The notes under the pieces: model-generated
The model's input: the letters and a program-made list of their open reading frames with translations, nothing else
What the model was told of the DNA's origin: nothing
Databases searched by the model: none
In this document: in pieces, positions 27,600-42,152 of the stretch
Layout of the letters: each line of letters starts with the position of its first letter
Position numbering within the stretch: position 1 is the stretch's first letter
Assembly: GCF_006345805.1 (NCBI RefSeq)
Contig: NC_042998.1
Coordinates: forward strand, 141,112,001-141,176,000
Direction: 5' to 3'
DNA length: 64,000 bases
Origin: Octopus sinensis
Taxonomy: Eukaryota
Position numbers and translations under genes: made by a program

Positions 27600-29285
27600 T
27601 TATACATAGTACTCAAAGTATGTGATAACATGAATGATAGAGTCCTCCTGATACAGGAGAAACTTCAACTAAAGAAAATGCGGAAATTATAACCAGCAGA
27701 GGAGACGGAGCAGAAGGCACCGAAGAACCACAGCCAAGACCATTGACAACACCGGAGCCCGAAGATTTTCAAACCAGCAAGGGATATTTTGACCGTTTCT
27801 AGAAACGGTTTAAAATAAAGTGTTTACCTGCATGAAGAGACAACATCAGCCGACAAAGAAGCCACCGAGAAGTACCTCAAGACCTTCAGGACAAGCGATA
27901 CAAGCCGGAACAGGTCTTCAATATGGACGAGACTGGCTTCTTCTAGAAGAAGATGCTTTCCTGAACATACGTCATGGAGGACGAAGCCAGAGCCCCAGGA
28001 TTTAAGGCACAGAAGGACAGAGTGATACTAATTAAGTGGTAATGCTGCTGGCTTCATGATAAAACCAGGACTTATCTATAAGTCCGCAAACCCGAGGGCC
28101 TTCAAGAATACGAATAAAAACCTGCTGCCTGTTCACTGGATGCACAACCCCAAAGCCTGGATTACCAAAAGTCTACCTTTGAATTGGTTCCACTAATGCT
28201 TCATCCCTCAAACCAAGGAATACCTCCAAAACGTATGCATGGAATTCAAGGTGTTGCTTGTTATGGATAATGATGGTGGTTACTTTTTGTATTTGAATCA
28301 CGAGTGAGTCCAAGTCGAGTTCCTCCCTGGCAACACCACCTCCCTTATCCAGCCTATGGATCAAGGCGTGTACACTCAGAATTCTCTTCGACACCTTGTG
28401 GACACAATGGATTCGGACGAGAATTTCAAGATAAAGGAGTACTGACGTAACTTCACGATCGCAACGTGCCTGTCAGCAAAGGAATTTACAAGGGAATGTA
28501 GCAAAGGAATTTACAAGGGAAGGCAGAATTATGGGATTCCTATATGGTTTGGTCTCTCCAATCGAAAAATACCATCGATGCTGCCATGCAAATATATAAA
28601 ACTCACCTCACCACCATGAAGAAACAACGACAGCAACTTCCAAACACAATGTTCCTCAAGCCCACCAAGAAAGCCTTGCACGAAGATACGACACCCCCTA
28701 AGACACCTGAAGAAGAGGCATCACCTGAAGCGGTTTAAATCTTCTCTGGTATGCAGTCATTACCTTCCTTATTTTCATCATTATCGTCTTAAATCAATAT
28801 CATTCATTATTGGTGAGTAACAGTACATTTTACTTCATTTTCTATTAAATTATCATTAAATATCTCTCTCTATATAAACGGCAGTTTGTCTGTGCGTGTT
28901 TCTGTGTGTCTGTTTGCTTGTACCCTCACCCTAACCACGGCTTTCAACCGATTCTGATGAAACTTGACACACACATAGCCCAATGTCATAATTCAAAACT
29001 AACGCAGCGAAAATTTTGAAAAGTTCCCCCAGTTCTGAAAAAAATCGATAAATTCGACATGGGGTCGAGAATCAGGAACACAAACCACAAACTGTGTAGG
29101 GGACGCAACTCCACCTTTTTTAACTATCAAAAAAAAATTTACCATCATTTTTTTCCATTTTTTGCTATTTTTTGGCTATAACTCTCTAAAAATGCTTTAT
29201 AGTTATTTCCCTTACAAACCTGAGCAACGCCAGGCGATACTGCTAGTTATATATAATATATATATATATAATATATATATATATA

Positions 29286-29320
<35 letters not shown>

Positions 29321-29457
29321 GTGTGTGTGTGTAATATTTTGCGTTATATTTTTACATTTATAGGTATTTTTATGGACCAAATCCAATATTCGCGGTTTTT
29401 CACTATTCGCGGGTGCTCTAGGAACGTAAAGCCCGCGAATACCAGAGAACTACTGTA
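27600..29457 (+). mobile_element. Decayed pogo/Tigger-like DNA transposon, interrupted by a Helitron-like insertion
   Basis: Broken-frame motifs SKGYFDRF, QVFNMDETG, PGFKAQKDRV, LPVHWMHNPKAWIT, LLVMDN, FLPGNTTSLIQPMDQGV; Tigger-like end CGCGAATACC...CTGTA at ~29457. Confidence 0.75.
28863..29246 (+). mobile_element. Non-autonomous Helitron-like element
   Basis: Begins TC, ends CTAG preceded by a GC-rich imperfect hairpin (CCTGAGCAACGCCAGG), sits between A and T without TSD; internal GTCT/GTTT-type repeats. Confidence 0.65.
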
Positions 29458-29517
29458 TAAAAAATTTCTTTCCTGCTTACCGAACTTCGATATGGGAAAA
29501 GCCCTACAACCTCGCCA

Positions 29518-29607
<90 letters not shown>

Positions 29608-29973
29608 TTCAAATTTACAGAAAACAAAAAGACGAAGAAAGGTGAGGGAACAACTAGCTGGTGTTTTAGTCTGACACTGGGAAAGAATGATAAAGTATTT
29701 GACGTTTCGAGCCTCAAGCCTACGCTCTTTGACAGAAAGGATTGAGAGGGAAAATCATGGAAAGAGAACGAAAAAAAATGCGGCGAGAGAAAAATTGTGT
29801 AGAGATTTATATATATATATATAAGAGGAAAAAATCTATCAGAAAGTAACTCTATCTCTCTTTAAAAAACATCTTTTGATAAGCATAACAAATGCGCAAC
29901 CGGTAAAAAGAACTTTCACCTAATTAAATTACTTAAATTACTTAAATTATTTTGTCAGCATTTTCTTCATTTC

Positions 29974-30004
<31 letters not shown>

Positions 30005-30149
30005 GACACGACGGTCCTTCTTTCAGTTTCCATCTACCAAATCCATTAACAAAGCTATGGTCGAACCGAGGCTATTGTAGAAAGACTCTTGCGCAAGGTG
30101 CCATGCAGTGGGACTGAACCCATAACCATATGGTTGGGAAGCACACGCC

Positions 30150-30235
30150 TGAAACTTTAAAAAGACGGTGTGAATTTCCCCGGAAAGGAAAGTATCTTTC
30201 TTCAATCCTTTCAGCTTCGTCCACCACACAATAGA
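30150..30235 (-). mobile_element. Small fragment of the L1/Tx1-like LINE
   Basis: IVWWTKLKGLKKDTFLSG aligns to IVWWTRLKGLKTDTFLVG of ORF 329..940. Confidence 0.7.
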
Positions 30236-30873
30236 TCTCGACGATGGTGATGGCATGCTTATGGTGATGTTGCGAAGATTGTGGTTGTTATTTAATACCA
30301 ACGCTATTTCTGAAAGAGTAAGCTTAGACCACTAGCGTAACGGGGAGGGGGCAGTAGGGGCGGTTCGTCCCGGGTGGCAGTTTTGGGTCTGCTGTAGGCA
30401 ATATGTTTTTTTTTTTTTGTGTGGGATCCGGGGGCGGCAAAAAGAAGGGCTAGTGGCTTAGACGAATGACCAGAGATGTTCCAGCTGTGACCATCTCATC
30501 TATTTTTTCATACTGCATTGGTCAATGTAGCCTTCATGTTTGATGACGAGAGACAGATTTGACTGCTATTTCTAACAGGCAGTGACCATGTAGAGGCTTT
30601 ATTGTTGTTTTGCCCCCAAGTCAACAGTAAAAGAGCAGACCCATGATCAGAGATCCATTGCATGCCTTCTCTTTCCAGTACAATTTTAGGGAAATTTAGC
30701 TGCTATATCTACGAAACTGATCAAACAACACTGAGGCTGGTGGTGATGATGGTAGTTGCGGTGAAGGTGGATGTGTAGAAGTGGCAATGATGGTCGACGG
30801 TAGTAGTTAGTGGTGATGGTGATGTTGGTTGTGGTGATGATGATAGCGACTGGAGTTAGAACGATGGAGGTGA

Positions 30874-30905
<32 letters not shown>

Positions 30906-31199
30906 ATAATTATGATGATGATTATGACAGTGTTGGTGGTGGCGTGGAGGCAGCAGTGCTGTATAATAATTCTAGTCTGGTGACAACACACCTTTGCACT
31001 ATTAACAGGTCATAGAAACTCATTTTGAAAAAGTTGCCGTTCAAATGGTATTCGATTATAATGAAACAATTCTTCTCCATCACCATCATCATCATTACTA
31101 TTGCATGCGCAGCTATTTATTTTCGCTTAATTATGCCTGTTATCGTAATTATTGAACGCAAAACGACGCGGCTGTTGTTCAACGACCGACAACGATGCC

Positions 31200-31481
31200 T
31201 ATAAAACTATAGGTTACAACAGCGAACACACAGGCACAGACATATATACACACATACACACACACACATACACACACGCACACACACACACACGCACACA
31301 CACGCACACACGCACAGAGGAACACACACATAGGATCATACACAGATAGGAGCACACACACATACAGTCATACAAACTCATACACACGTAGTCACACCGA
31401 CAAACAGACAGACAAACACACACACACACGCGCGCGCGCGAAGGACAGGTGCGTGCACCGAGGCGCGCACACGTACACAGC

Positions 31482-31519
<38 letters not shown>

Positions 31520-31981
31520 TACGCGCATACACACACACCACACACATACACACAAGCAGACGCACACACAGACACAACCATGGGCACGCAACATATAGAG
31601 GCAGACGCGCGCGCGTTGGTATATATGCAGATATCCTTGTACACATAACCAAGTACACACACATATACACTCACACACACATGCAATTATACGCACAGGC
31701 GCGAAGCCACAGATGTATACATGTACACACACACACACACACACACAAGTACATCAGTTCGTGCTGACACAGGTACACACATGAGCGCGCTCGCACGCCT
31801 CTTTCCACACTCATACACACATTGAAACTATTTGATGTCATTGTCTTGTCATTTCAATAGCGGAGTTCAGAACTTTTAACAGATTTTCATCACCACCACA
31901 ACAATCCATGTTTGTCTGTCTGTCTGTCTGTCTATTTATCTATCTGTTTGTCTGTCTATCTGTCTGCCTTTCTCCCCCTAC

Positions 31982-32043
<62 letters not shown>

Positions 32044-32071
32044 CATCTATCTATCTATCTATCTATCTATC

Positions 32072-32124
<53 letters not shown>

Positions 32125-32333
32125 CCTATCTATCTATCCATCTGTCTATCTACTCATCTACCTGTCTACCAATCTTATTACTTACCTAATTATCTTCCTA
32201 CATATCTATCTACCTATCTCTTTGTCTATCTACCCATCTATCTACCTGTCCATCCATCTATCCGTCTGTCCGTCCATCCGTCCGTCCGTGTGCCTGTCTG
32301 TCTGTCTGTCTGTCTGTATCTTTATGTCTGTTT

Positions 32334-32368
<35 letters not shown>

Positions 32369-32390
32369 TCTCTTACACACACACACTTTT
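31200..32390. repeat. (CA)n, (TCTA)n, (TCTG)n, (CT)n compound microsatellites
   Basis: Directly visible. Confidence 0.9.
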
Positions 32391-32734
32391 TTACTTGCTG
32401 AATATGTAGTAAGGGAGTGTGTCCATGTCCCTACGCAGGGGAGAAGATTCCAGGGGAATGATGTTCTAGGGGCGGAAGGACTGTGTTTAGACGTTAGTGC
32501 AGGGCTTAGGGGAGAGGATTGGACGTACCAAGATTGACAAGAGAAGGAAAGGTGAATGTGTGTGTGTGGAGGGGGAAGGCCTGAATTACGGAGATGCAAG
32601 ACCAGCTATCTACGAGGAACAGAGGCCATCATAGTAGTGATTTAAGAGACAGGGAAAGGAGACAGTTCGCCTATGGCTCAGAGGTAGGAACATGTCCGTT
32701 GGTTATGTACATTTTAATATATATATCGAGGCAA

Positions 32735-33715
32735 GGTTGCAAGCTGGCAGAAACGTTAGCACGCCGGGCGAAATGCGTAGCTGTATTTTGTCTGCCGTTA
32801 CGTTCTGAGTTCAAATTCCGCCGAGGTCGACTTTGCCTTTCATCCCTTCTGGGTCGATAAATTAAGTACCAGTTACGCACTGGGGTCGATGTAATCGTCT
32901 TAATCCCTTTGTCTGTCCTTGTTTGTCCCCTCTATGTTTAACCCCTTGTGGGTAATAAAGAAATAGCTATTTCGTCTGCCATTACGTTCTGAGTTCAAAT
33001 TCCATCGAGGTCGACTTTGCCTTTCATCCTTTCGGGGTCGATTAAATAAGTACCAGTTACGCACTGGGATCGATATAATCGACTTAATCTGTTTGTCTGT
33101 CCTTGTTTGTCCCTTCTGTGTTTAGCCCCTTGTGGGTAGTAAAGAAATAGGTATTTCGTCTGCCGTTACGTTCTGAGTTCAAATTCCGCCGAGGTCGACT
33201 TTGCTTTTCATCCTTTCCTGGTCGATAAATTAAGTACCAGTTACGCATTGGTGCGGATGTAATCGACTTAATCCCTTTGTCTATCCTTGTTTGACCTCTC
33301 TATGTTTAGCTCCTTGTGGGCAATAAAGAAATAAGAAACGTTAGCACGCCGAGCGAAATGCGTAGCCGTATTTCGTCTGCCGTTACGTTCTGAGTTCAAA
33401 TTCTGCCGAGGTCGACTTTGCCTTTCGTCCTTCGGGGTCGATAAATTAAGTACCAGTTACGCACTGGGGTCGATGTAATCGACTTAATCTGTTTGTCTGT
33501 CCTTGTTTTTCCCCTCTGTATTTAGCTCCTTGTGGGAAGTAAAGAAATAGGTATTTCGTCTGTTTTTACGTTCTGAGTTCAAATTCCACAGAGGTCGACT
33601 TTGCCTTTCGTCCTTTTGGGATCGATAAAAGAAGAACCAGTCGAGCACAAGGGTCGATGTAATTGACTAATTCCCTCCCCCGAAATTGCTAGCCTTGAGC
33701 CAAAATTTGAACTCC
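32735..33715 (+). repeat. Tandem array of five SINE family B bodies (~185-215-bp period)
   Basis: TTT.GTCTG...TTACGTTCTGAGTTCAAATTC units starting ~32787, 32970, 33154, 33371, 33554. Confidence 0.85.
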
Positions 33716-35818
33716 ATATATAGCAATACATATCAGCAATGATGGGAACAACAACAGTGATGTAGATGGGGATGACGAAGGTGATGACGACGATGATGTT
33801 GACAATGATAAAGGAGATGATGGCGGTGATGATGTACACCACCACCAGTTGGCGGTGGTGGTGATGAAGACGACGGTGGTGTTGTCAATGATGATAATGG
33901 TGATATTGGCAATGATGTTGATGGTGATGGTGATGATGATGAAGATGAAGATGATGACGACGACGACGTCTGAACGACGACATAAATTATGATGATAGAC
34001 ATGATAATGACTACGATGGTGACGATGCATTTACCTTTTCTGAGCAGCTGCAATGACATTTGAAGACAAGCGAACTGGAGAGCCTTAACCTGGTCGCTTA
34101 ACGCGCTTGAAATAGCGGCAAAATTCAGAGAAATTGTATCCAGTCACCCTCAGTAAGGAGAGACACAATGGACAGTAGAATTCCTGAAGTATAAAAATGG
34201 CCACAGTTGTAATATACATGTACACCGATTACCTTTTTTCCTATCTTCCATCAAATTGTTTACATAGACATATTCGTATACGAAACGTAACTTTCAATGC
34301 TGGCTCTAGTTTGTATAGAAAATCTGCAGAGATAACTTTAAAAGTGCTGGAATAGAATAATGGTACGGACAAGAGGGAATCATAAATATTGGTGAATTGA
34401 AAGAATCGCTAAAGCATTGAGTAGAATGCTTCGCGTTATTTTTACCGATTCCCTTTGTTCTGAGTGCAAGCCTTGGTGAGAGTCAACTTTACATTTCTTC
34501 CTTTCGGGATCGGGGGTGGAAGGGAAGCACCAATCCAGGGCGCTTGACGAAGGAATCTATAGGAACTGCGAACAATTCGATGGAAGATAGGAAAATAGAT
34601 AATGGGTATATATACAAATTACAGCCGTGACCATCCCGTATTTTTATATTTCAGGGATTCCACTGTCCATTCTGACTTTCCTTACTGAGAGTGACTGGAT
34701 ATAACTCCACTGAATTTTGCCGCTACTTCTAGCGCGGATGCTTTGCGGTATTTTTTCCGTGTGTTTATGTTCTGAGTTAAAATCTTGACATGGATTATTT
34801 AGGTGATAGACTTAATCTATCACTCGGCGTAACACGATCGACCACCTGGCACCTTCGATGTCTCTGGAGCAGTCGACTCCGCCGGTTCTTCCGTTTGATG
34901 ATAGCTTCCTGCCTCTCTCTCGTCCGTCCGTGTGAAAGGTCGCAAGTGCTACCTTCTCTCCTTATTTAACGATTTTTTTTTTAAAGAAATAGATATACCG
35001 CTCTGGTTATTATCTCCAAAGCCTTATTTGTTTTAAATTCAATTAAATAATCGAGTAAATTATCATTTTTCATAAGACAATTTTAGTTTTGATTAAAAAG
35101 AAACCCCGAGGAAGGAAAAAACAACAAAAATAAAGAAATGAAACTAAGTAAAATGGTTATTTTTCTTACGGCATAATTAGAGATCTGAACTCAGAAACCC
35201 AAGATAAACAGGGTCTTTAAGAAAATCCAGAAAGTCTTTAGACAATTTCAAATAAGGGGCAATAAAACTTTTAACGGTATTAATAGTTTTATTAATGTTG
35301 TTTTTATTTATCGGACGCAATTAATGTTGTTTTTATGTTTCAGATAATGATTACTTCACAAGAAAAGGCACAATGTGAGTCTTGGTTTATTGTCTAATGA
35401 CTTTGTGGACACTCTGGGATAGTCATATCCAGTTACGTGAGTCATGAGATGACAACCTGTGAAATAGCAAAATAAGAGTTTAGTAAGTCTAACCACTCAT
35501 ACTGGTGAGGATAAAATCTGGAGTCGTCTATTTCTTGAATTGGTCCTTTCAACTCAATACCAACTGCTCGACATTATCAAAATTTCAATTTAGCGTATTT
35601 GACGCTGTATAAGACGTACTTTTTCCAAAGCAAAAATGTCTCGAAAAAGTCACTTGGGGTCCTATATGCGAAGTTGGGCCTCCCATAAACTAATTTTGTC
35701 CCTGACGCTCACTTTTTCCTGAATATTCGCTGTTGAAATTGATGTGCACCTATTATACCCGTGTGTCTTTTATACCAACAAACACTGCAAGTCTTTCCTC
35801 TGTCAGTGTCTAGATATA

Positions 35819-36470
35819 CAGGGCGTTTCAAAAGTCCATGTCACTCACATTCTAAGAATCCTTATATCATGAACTACAAATGGTAGCATGATTGAATTGG
35901 TACCATTTAAAAGCTAAAAGTGTCAAGTTTTCTTCTGTTAATTTAATTAAATTTTGTTTTTTGCCTCTTTTCAGATCCAGTAATGTCATTCACAAAATAA
36001 CAAAAGTAATTTTGCATCCTAGAATACGCTAAAACTGAATCATGGGCCCGTGTTCAACGCAAATTTCGTACATCGTTTATCAAGGAGGCGCCAGACAGAC
36101 GTTCCATTTTGAATTGGCATGCAAAATTTAAGGGGGAGGGGTGTCTGTGTCCAGCAAAAGGAACAAGACGCCCTTCAACGTTCAGATGATATGGTTGAAC
36201 AAGTTCAGCAAGCCTTCCAACGCAGCCCCCAGAAATTTGTCAGAATAGCCAGTCGAGAACTTCAGCTCCCATCAACAACCCGTTTGGCGCGCCTTAAGGA
36301 GTCGGCTACAGTTCACACCATACAAGCTGCAATTGGTTCAACAGTTGAAGGACACTGATAAACTTATTCGCCATGAATTTTGCACATGGACGTCTGCTGG
36401 CATGAAATGATAGGTCAGCATGTAACATCTTAAGATAAATCTTTTTCTCTGATGAAATTACGTTCATAAA
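35819..36470 (+). mobile_element. 5' half of a decayed Tc1/mariner element (DUF4817-type N-terminus)
   Basis: TA|CAGGGCGTTTCAAAAG TIR-like start; broken-frame CILEYAKTES...VQRKF...APDRRSILNWHAKF, VQQAFQRSP.K..R.ASRELQL, YKLQLVQQL, IFFSDE. Confidence 0.7.
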
Positions 36471-36696
36471 ATATAAAAGCTATTTTAAAGCATAAATTTG
36501 TAACTTACCTACTGGACACTAATGGAAACGGCTGCAATTTTTTAATAATAAATAATTATTAACTTTCAACTCTCCATTTTCTTTCCTTCAATTAACTGAA
36601 CATGAATTATATATATACTAAAGTTTATTTGGCAAATAAACTTTACTATTCGGTACTGCATATCTTTCACTCAAAGATTTAAAACTAGCTGTTTTT

Positions 36697-36747
<51 letters not shown>

Positions 36748-37295
36748 ATATATATAGGAAAAGGCGTAGTTGTATGGTAAGTAGCTCGCTCAGCAACCAC
36801 ATGATTCCAGATTCAGTCCCACTACATGGCACCTTGGGCAAGTGTCTTTTACTATAGCCTCGGGCCGACCAAAGCCTTGTGAGTGGATTTGGTAGACGGA
36901 AACTGAAAGAAGCCCGTCGTATATATATATATATTATATATATAATATATATATATATATATATGCATATATTTGTGTGTGTATGTGTGTGTGCGTGTGT
37001 CTTTGTGTCAGTGTTTGTCCCCTTCACCATCGCTTGACAATCGATATTGGTGTGTTCACGTCCCCGTAACTTAGTGGTTCAGCAAACGAGACAAATAGAA
37101 CAACTACTAGGTTTACGAAAACAAAATCCCGGGGTCGACTTCTTCTGCTAAAAAAATGCTCTAAAGTGCTGTCCCATCATGGCCGCAGTCAAATGACTGA
37201 AACAAGTAAAAATAGATACTAAAGAATATAAAGCAAGGGTCAAGTGAGAGAGGCTACTACTTAGCACTACTTTCTCAGATGCTTTCCCATCTTAG

Positions 37296-37695
37296 AATCC
37301 CTTTGTCTGTCCTCTCTGTTTTTAGCCCCTTGTGGGTAGTAAAGAAATAGGTATTTCGTTTGCCGCTACGTTCTGAGTTCAAATTCCGCCGAGGTCGACT
37401 TGGCCTCTCATCCTTTCGGGGTCGATAAATTAAGTACCAATTACACACTGGGGTCGATATAATCGACTAAATCCGTTTGTCTGTCCATGTTTGTCCTCTC
37501 TGTGTGTTTAGCCCCTTGTGGGTAGTAAAGAAATAGGTATTTCGTCTGCCGCTACGTTTTGAGTTCAAATTCCGCCGAGGTCGACTTTGACTTTCATCCT
37601 TTCCTGGTTGATAAATTATGTACCAGCTGCGTACTGGGGTCGATCTAATCGACTGGCCCCCTCTCCCAAAATTTCGGGCTTTGTGCCTAGAGTAT
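37296..37695 (+). repeat. Second tandem SINE-B body array (~2.3 units)
   Basis: Same unit and junction (AAAGAAATAGGTATTTCGT) as 32735-33715. Confidence 0.8.
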
Positions 37696-40600
37696 GAACG
37701 GGGAAAGTTGACCTCGAAACATAAAGTACCATAACTACCACAGGACTTTTTGTCCGATGCTGTAACAGTTCTTCCGATCTACCTCCCTACCTCATACGTT
37801 GTCTTGTGCCTTCAAATCCTTGATAGAGTTGCTTCTTGGGCATCTTTAAACCTGACAAAGCCAATCGCACGCCAGATCTATCCACAGCCGATTTCTTCTA
37901 GAAAGAGCGATAGACAAAGAGAGAGTGAAGAATTGCTCTCAAGTACAGGATTAGGCCCAAAAGGATAAAAAGCAAAGATGGCCATGGCGGGATTTGAGCT
38001 CGTGGCGTAGGAGCCAGAACGATTGGCGCAAAACACCCTGTCGACGCTCTAACGACTCATCCAATAAATGTTTCAAATTTTGGCACAAGACCAGCAATTT
38101 TGGGGGGAGGGGTTCTCCAATTACATCGATCCCAGTAACTTAGTACTCAACTGGTGCTTTATTTTATCCACGCTGAAAGGATAAAAGGCAAAGCTGACCT
38201 CAGCAGATATTTGAACTCAGAACTTATACAGCGGAAGAAATGACGCTTAGCAATTTGGCCGACTCGCTAACGGTTCTGCCATTTCGTCGCCTTTATAGTA
38301 ATAATTTATATTTACAATTGGCACAAAGCCTGAAATTTTGGGAGAAGGAGTCTAGAAGGATTTGATTACATCAACCCTTGTGCTCAACTAGTAATAATTT
38401 TATCGATTCCGAAAGGACGAAGGGTGAAGACGATTTCGACGAAATTTGAACTTAGTGTTTGAACATCCGGAAGAAATGCCGCTAAGTATTTTATCCGACT
38501 TGCTAACGATTCTCCAAACTCGCCGCCTTCGTCTTGCATCTTGCATGGGTTGGGCGGTTTTTTCCAGCACATCATCTCACCACTTGTTGCCGTCCTTTCT
38601 AAGATCCAGTGCCCTGAGGTCACCTTCGCCACTTTTCCTGTTTTCCTCTTCTGCACTTGGATTATTGGTACTTCTTTATCATATATGTGACGTAAGCATG
38701 ACTGTGTAGTTAGAAAATTCGTTTCATACCAACGTAGTTTCGTGTTCAATTTCCTAGCGTGACACTTTAGGCAAGTGTCTTCTACTATAATGCAAAACCT
38801 CGTGAGTGGACGGAAACTGGAAGAAACCCGTCAGGAGCATCGTCGCCATATCATTGGTATCGTTCGTTTCCAATCATCCGTAAAAACATGTTCGGCCATG
38901 GGGGAAATATTACTTTGCTTGGAAACAGATGAACGTTGGCGACGAAAAGAGCATCCAGCCGTAGAAAATTTACCTTACCGAATTGTTTCTGACCTATGCA
39001 AGCATGAAAAAGCAGATGATATAGAAATAATAATTATGATGGTGATGATGATATCTGTTCCAGTGCAGTCTTCTCTCTTTCACACTTTGTCTGAAGCCTC
39101 TTAAAACTGGATTTTCTCTCCAGTTATTTCTCCTCCATCGTTCATGTTCACTAACATTACACGTCCAACAGAGAGCATGCTTACCTCATTTCTTTTCAAC
39201 CGTCACACACCTACATTACGCGTCCACATTTTGGGCCCTGTCTGACATCGTACTTCATACAAAAGCAGTCTTAAAAATCTAGTTTTTCCCTCGGAAAATA
39301 AATCCTATTTATAGTAATCAGGTGTTATAACTTCCTGAACTTCTTTTTTCTGCCCTACTTACTCCTACTGTAATATCAATGGATGTATTATTCACTATCC
39401 TAAGGCAGCGAGCTGGAAGAATCGTTAGCACGCCGGGCAAAATGCTTAGTGGCATTCGTCCGTCTTTATGTTCTGAGTTCAACTTTGCCTTTCATTTTTT
39501 CGGTGGGTAAAATAAGTAACTGAAGTTGATGCAATCGACATACCTCCTCATCCCCTCCCCCCAAATTTCTGCCCTTATGGCAAAATTTGACACTATTATT
39601 CACTATCCTATACATCAGAGGTGACAAATTTCGACAAAGTATGTCGCTGCGATAACATATCACTGACAACACCCAAAACGCATCTTGTTTCTCACTAGTT
39701 TTCGTCTCCTAATATATGTTGTTTTCAATACATGAGAAATTTTATCTCAGACAAAAACTAGCATCTTGCCTGTCAAACATCATCATCGTCTTCTAGCTTC
39801 CGTTTTGAGTAGGACGGCTGGGCTGGAACTGGTAAGCTGCATTAGGCTCGTCTGTTTTGGCTTGGTTTCTACGGCTGGATGCCCTTCCTAACGCCAACCG
39901 CTCCACAGAGTATACTAGGTGTTTTTCATGTGTCACGACGACGGTTTCTCTTACGCTAAATATGATACATAGATGGTCATTGCCCCCATAGCTTATATAG
40001 GCTACAATGAACGTCATACTGAGCTTGACCATTCCCCCGATAGAAGATGGCTTCCCTATTAATTAAAACTTTCGTCTTTGGTTAGGATTTAAAACTTGTC
40101 TCGATTCTAGGTTTAAGCTTTCAGATTAGGAATTTCTTTAATTCTTTGAAGGATTCACTTGAGAACTGAGTCATCAATATACAAGTCTAAAAATTGCTGG
40201 CCTTGTGCCTAAATTTGAAACCAATATTTGTTAATTTGTTTAGTAAAGGTAGGTGGATGAAAATTACATTTTGCTACAAGGAATGCATCAAGAAACAATT
40301 TTGAGAAGGCCTGACTTAAAGAATTCCCTCGCTGAACTGACATGCATTCATTTTATGCAACCTAACAGATTTTACAGTCAAACAACCCTTTCTAATGATT
40401 TATACTATCTCAAGTACTCTAGCTTGGAATTACTTGGGTTTTACAGTCAAATACCCTTTCTAAAGTTAACCACTTTATGGAGTGTACAGAGTAGTTTGTA
40501 AGAGCACCAAGTCTAGAGAGAAGGTCCTCTCAACACTTTAGGGAACTGGGGTTATTTTATTGTGGCACCAACACTTGAGAGGCTGTCATGTCCTCAACAA

Positions 40601-42134
40601 AGCTAAAAACATTAGTGTATCCAGGGTGAATTTATATTGGCACCACCATGAGAGGTGTAACAAAGAACTTCATGGCACCATGTAGAAACAGCCATGCCAG
40701 TACCACATGAATAGCACCCAACACACTATGTAAAGTGGTTGACATTAGGAAGGGCACCCAGCCATAGAAACCAGGTGAAATCAGACTGGAAGCTGGTGCA
40801 GCTCTGGTCAAACCGTCCAACCCATGTCAACATGGAAAACGGACATTAAATGATGCTATATATGTTGTAACATATATATCCTGTGTGGTAAGAAGCTTGC
40901 TTCCCAACCACATGGTTCCGGGTTCAGTCCCACTGCATGCACCTTAGACAAGTGTCATCTACTATAGCCTTGGGCTGACCAAAGCCTTGTGAGTGGATTT
41001 GGTAGACAGAAACTGAAGGAAACCCGTCATATATATCTGTGTGTCTGTTTACCCCCCATTACCACTTGACAATTGGTGTTGGTGTGTTTACATCCCTGTA
41101 ATTTAACAGTTCAGCAAAAGAGACCAATAGAATAAGTACTAGGCTTAAAAAATAAGCCCTAGGGTCGATTTGCTTGACTAAGCCCTGGCCACAGTCAAAT
41201 AACTGAAACAAGTAAAAAAAAATAAGCTACATCTTCTCTAACACTTTTAGGTATTGTAATCATATTACCCCACCACCACCAATTAATCATGACAAAACGT
41301 GTACATAAACCTTAACAATAATCAACAAGTGACTGTTTTAAAACACTACAGAGCTGGTTAAATCACATTTAACATTAGAGAAACAAACCTCTACCTGTAA
41401 TTCCTGCTACCTATAACCAAGTCCTTTATAGTTCAACATATAGCTCACTTTGCAATCACATAATTTCAAGTTCAGTCCCACAGCACCATGCCTTGGGCAA
41501 GTGTCTATTATAGCTCTGGGCCAACTAGTGCCTCGCAAGTGAATTTGGTTGATGGAAACTGCAGAAGCCTAGTCCATACACATACACATACAAGGTTTTT
41601 CCTACCACTGATTGACAACTGGTGTTGGTTTGTTCATGTCCCCATAATTTAGATAAAATATGTACAAGACTTGTGGAGGCGCAATGGCCCAGTGGTTAAT
41701 GCAGCAGACTCGCAGTTGTAGGATCGCGGTTTCAATTCCCAGACAGGGCGTTGTGAGTGTTTATTGAGCAAAAACACGTAAAGCTCCATGAGGCTCTGGC
41801 AGGGTGTGGTGGTGATCCCTGCTGTACTCTTTCGCCACAACTTTCTCTCACTCTTTCTTCTGTTGGCTTGCTTAGCCAGCGGGATGGCGTCATTTGAAGG
41901 CTAAAACAATGCGAAGTGCATTGCAACCAGTGATGTGTAGCAAATCTGATAGCCTGGTTGGTCACGTGATCACATGATGTACCAGACTTAAAAATAAACT
42001 ACTGGGATCAATTTATTTGACTAAAACCTTTCAAGGTAGTCCACCAGCATGGCCACTGTCTAATAACTGAAACAAATGATAAAAGATGCTTACAACAATG
42101 AAAAAAAGGCAAACACTATATGTTTAAAAACCAT

Positions 42135-42140
42135 TTTATT
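42135..42140 (-). terminator. Putative NSA2 polyadenylation signal AATAAA
   Basis: AATAAA on minus strand 12 nt after the TAA stop, followed by GU/U-rich sequence (TAGTGTTTGCCTTTTTTT). Confidence 0.6.
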
Positions 42141-42152
42141 CCCACCTCTCTG

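Noticed and set aside
32735-33715. CRISPR-like regular repeat array
   Set aside because: Units are wholly repeated SINE bodies with no unique spacers; eukaryotic context, no cas genes. The same holds for 48888-50840
33689-34059. His/Ser/Ile-rich ORFs
   Set aside because: Decayed (GAT)/(GGT) trinucleotide repeats, as at 5247-5617 and 30686-30991
41675-41750. tRNA gene
   Set aside because: tRNA-like A/B boxes continue into a SINE body; no clean acceptor stem or terminator; related heads recur in the window
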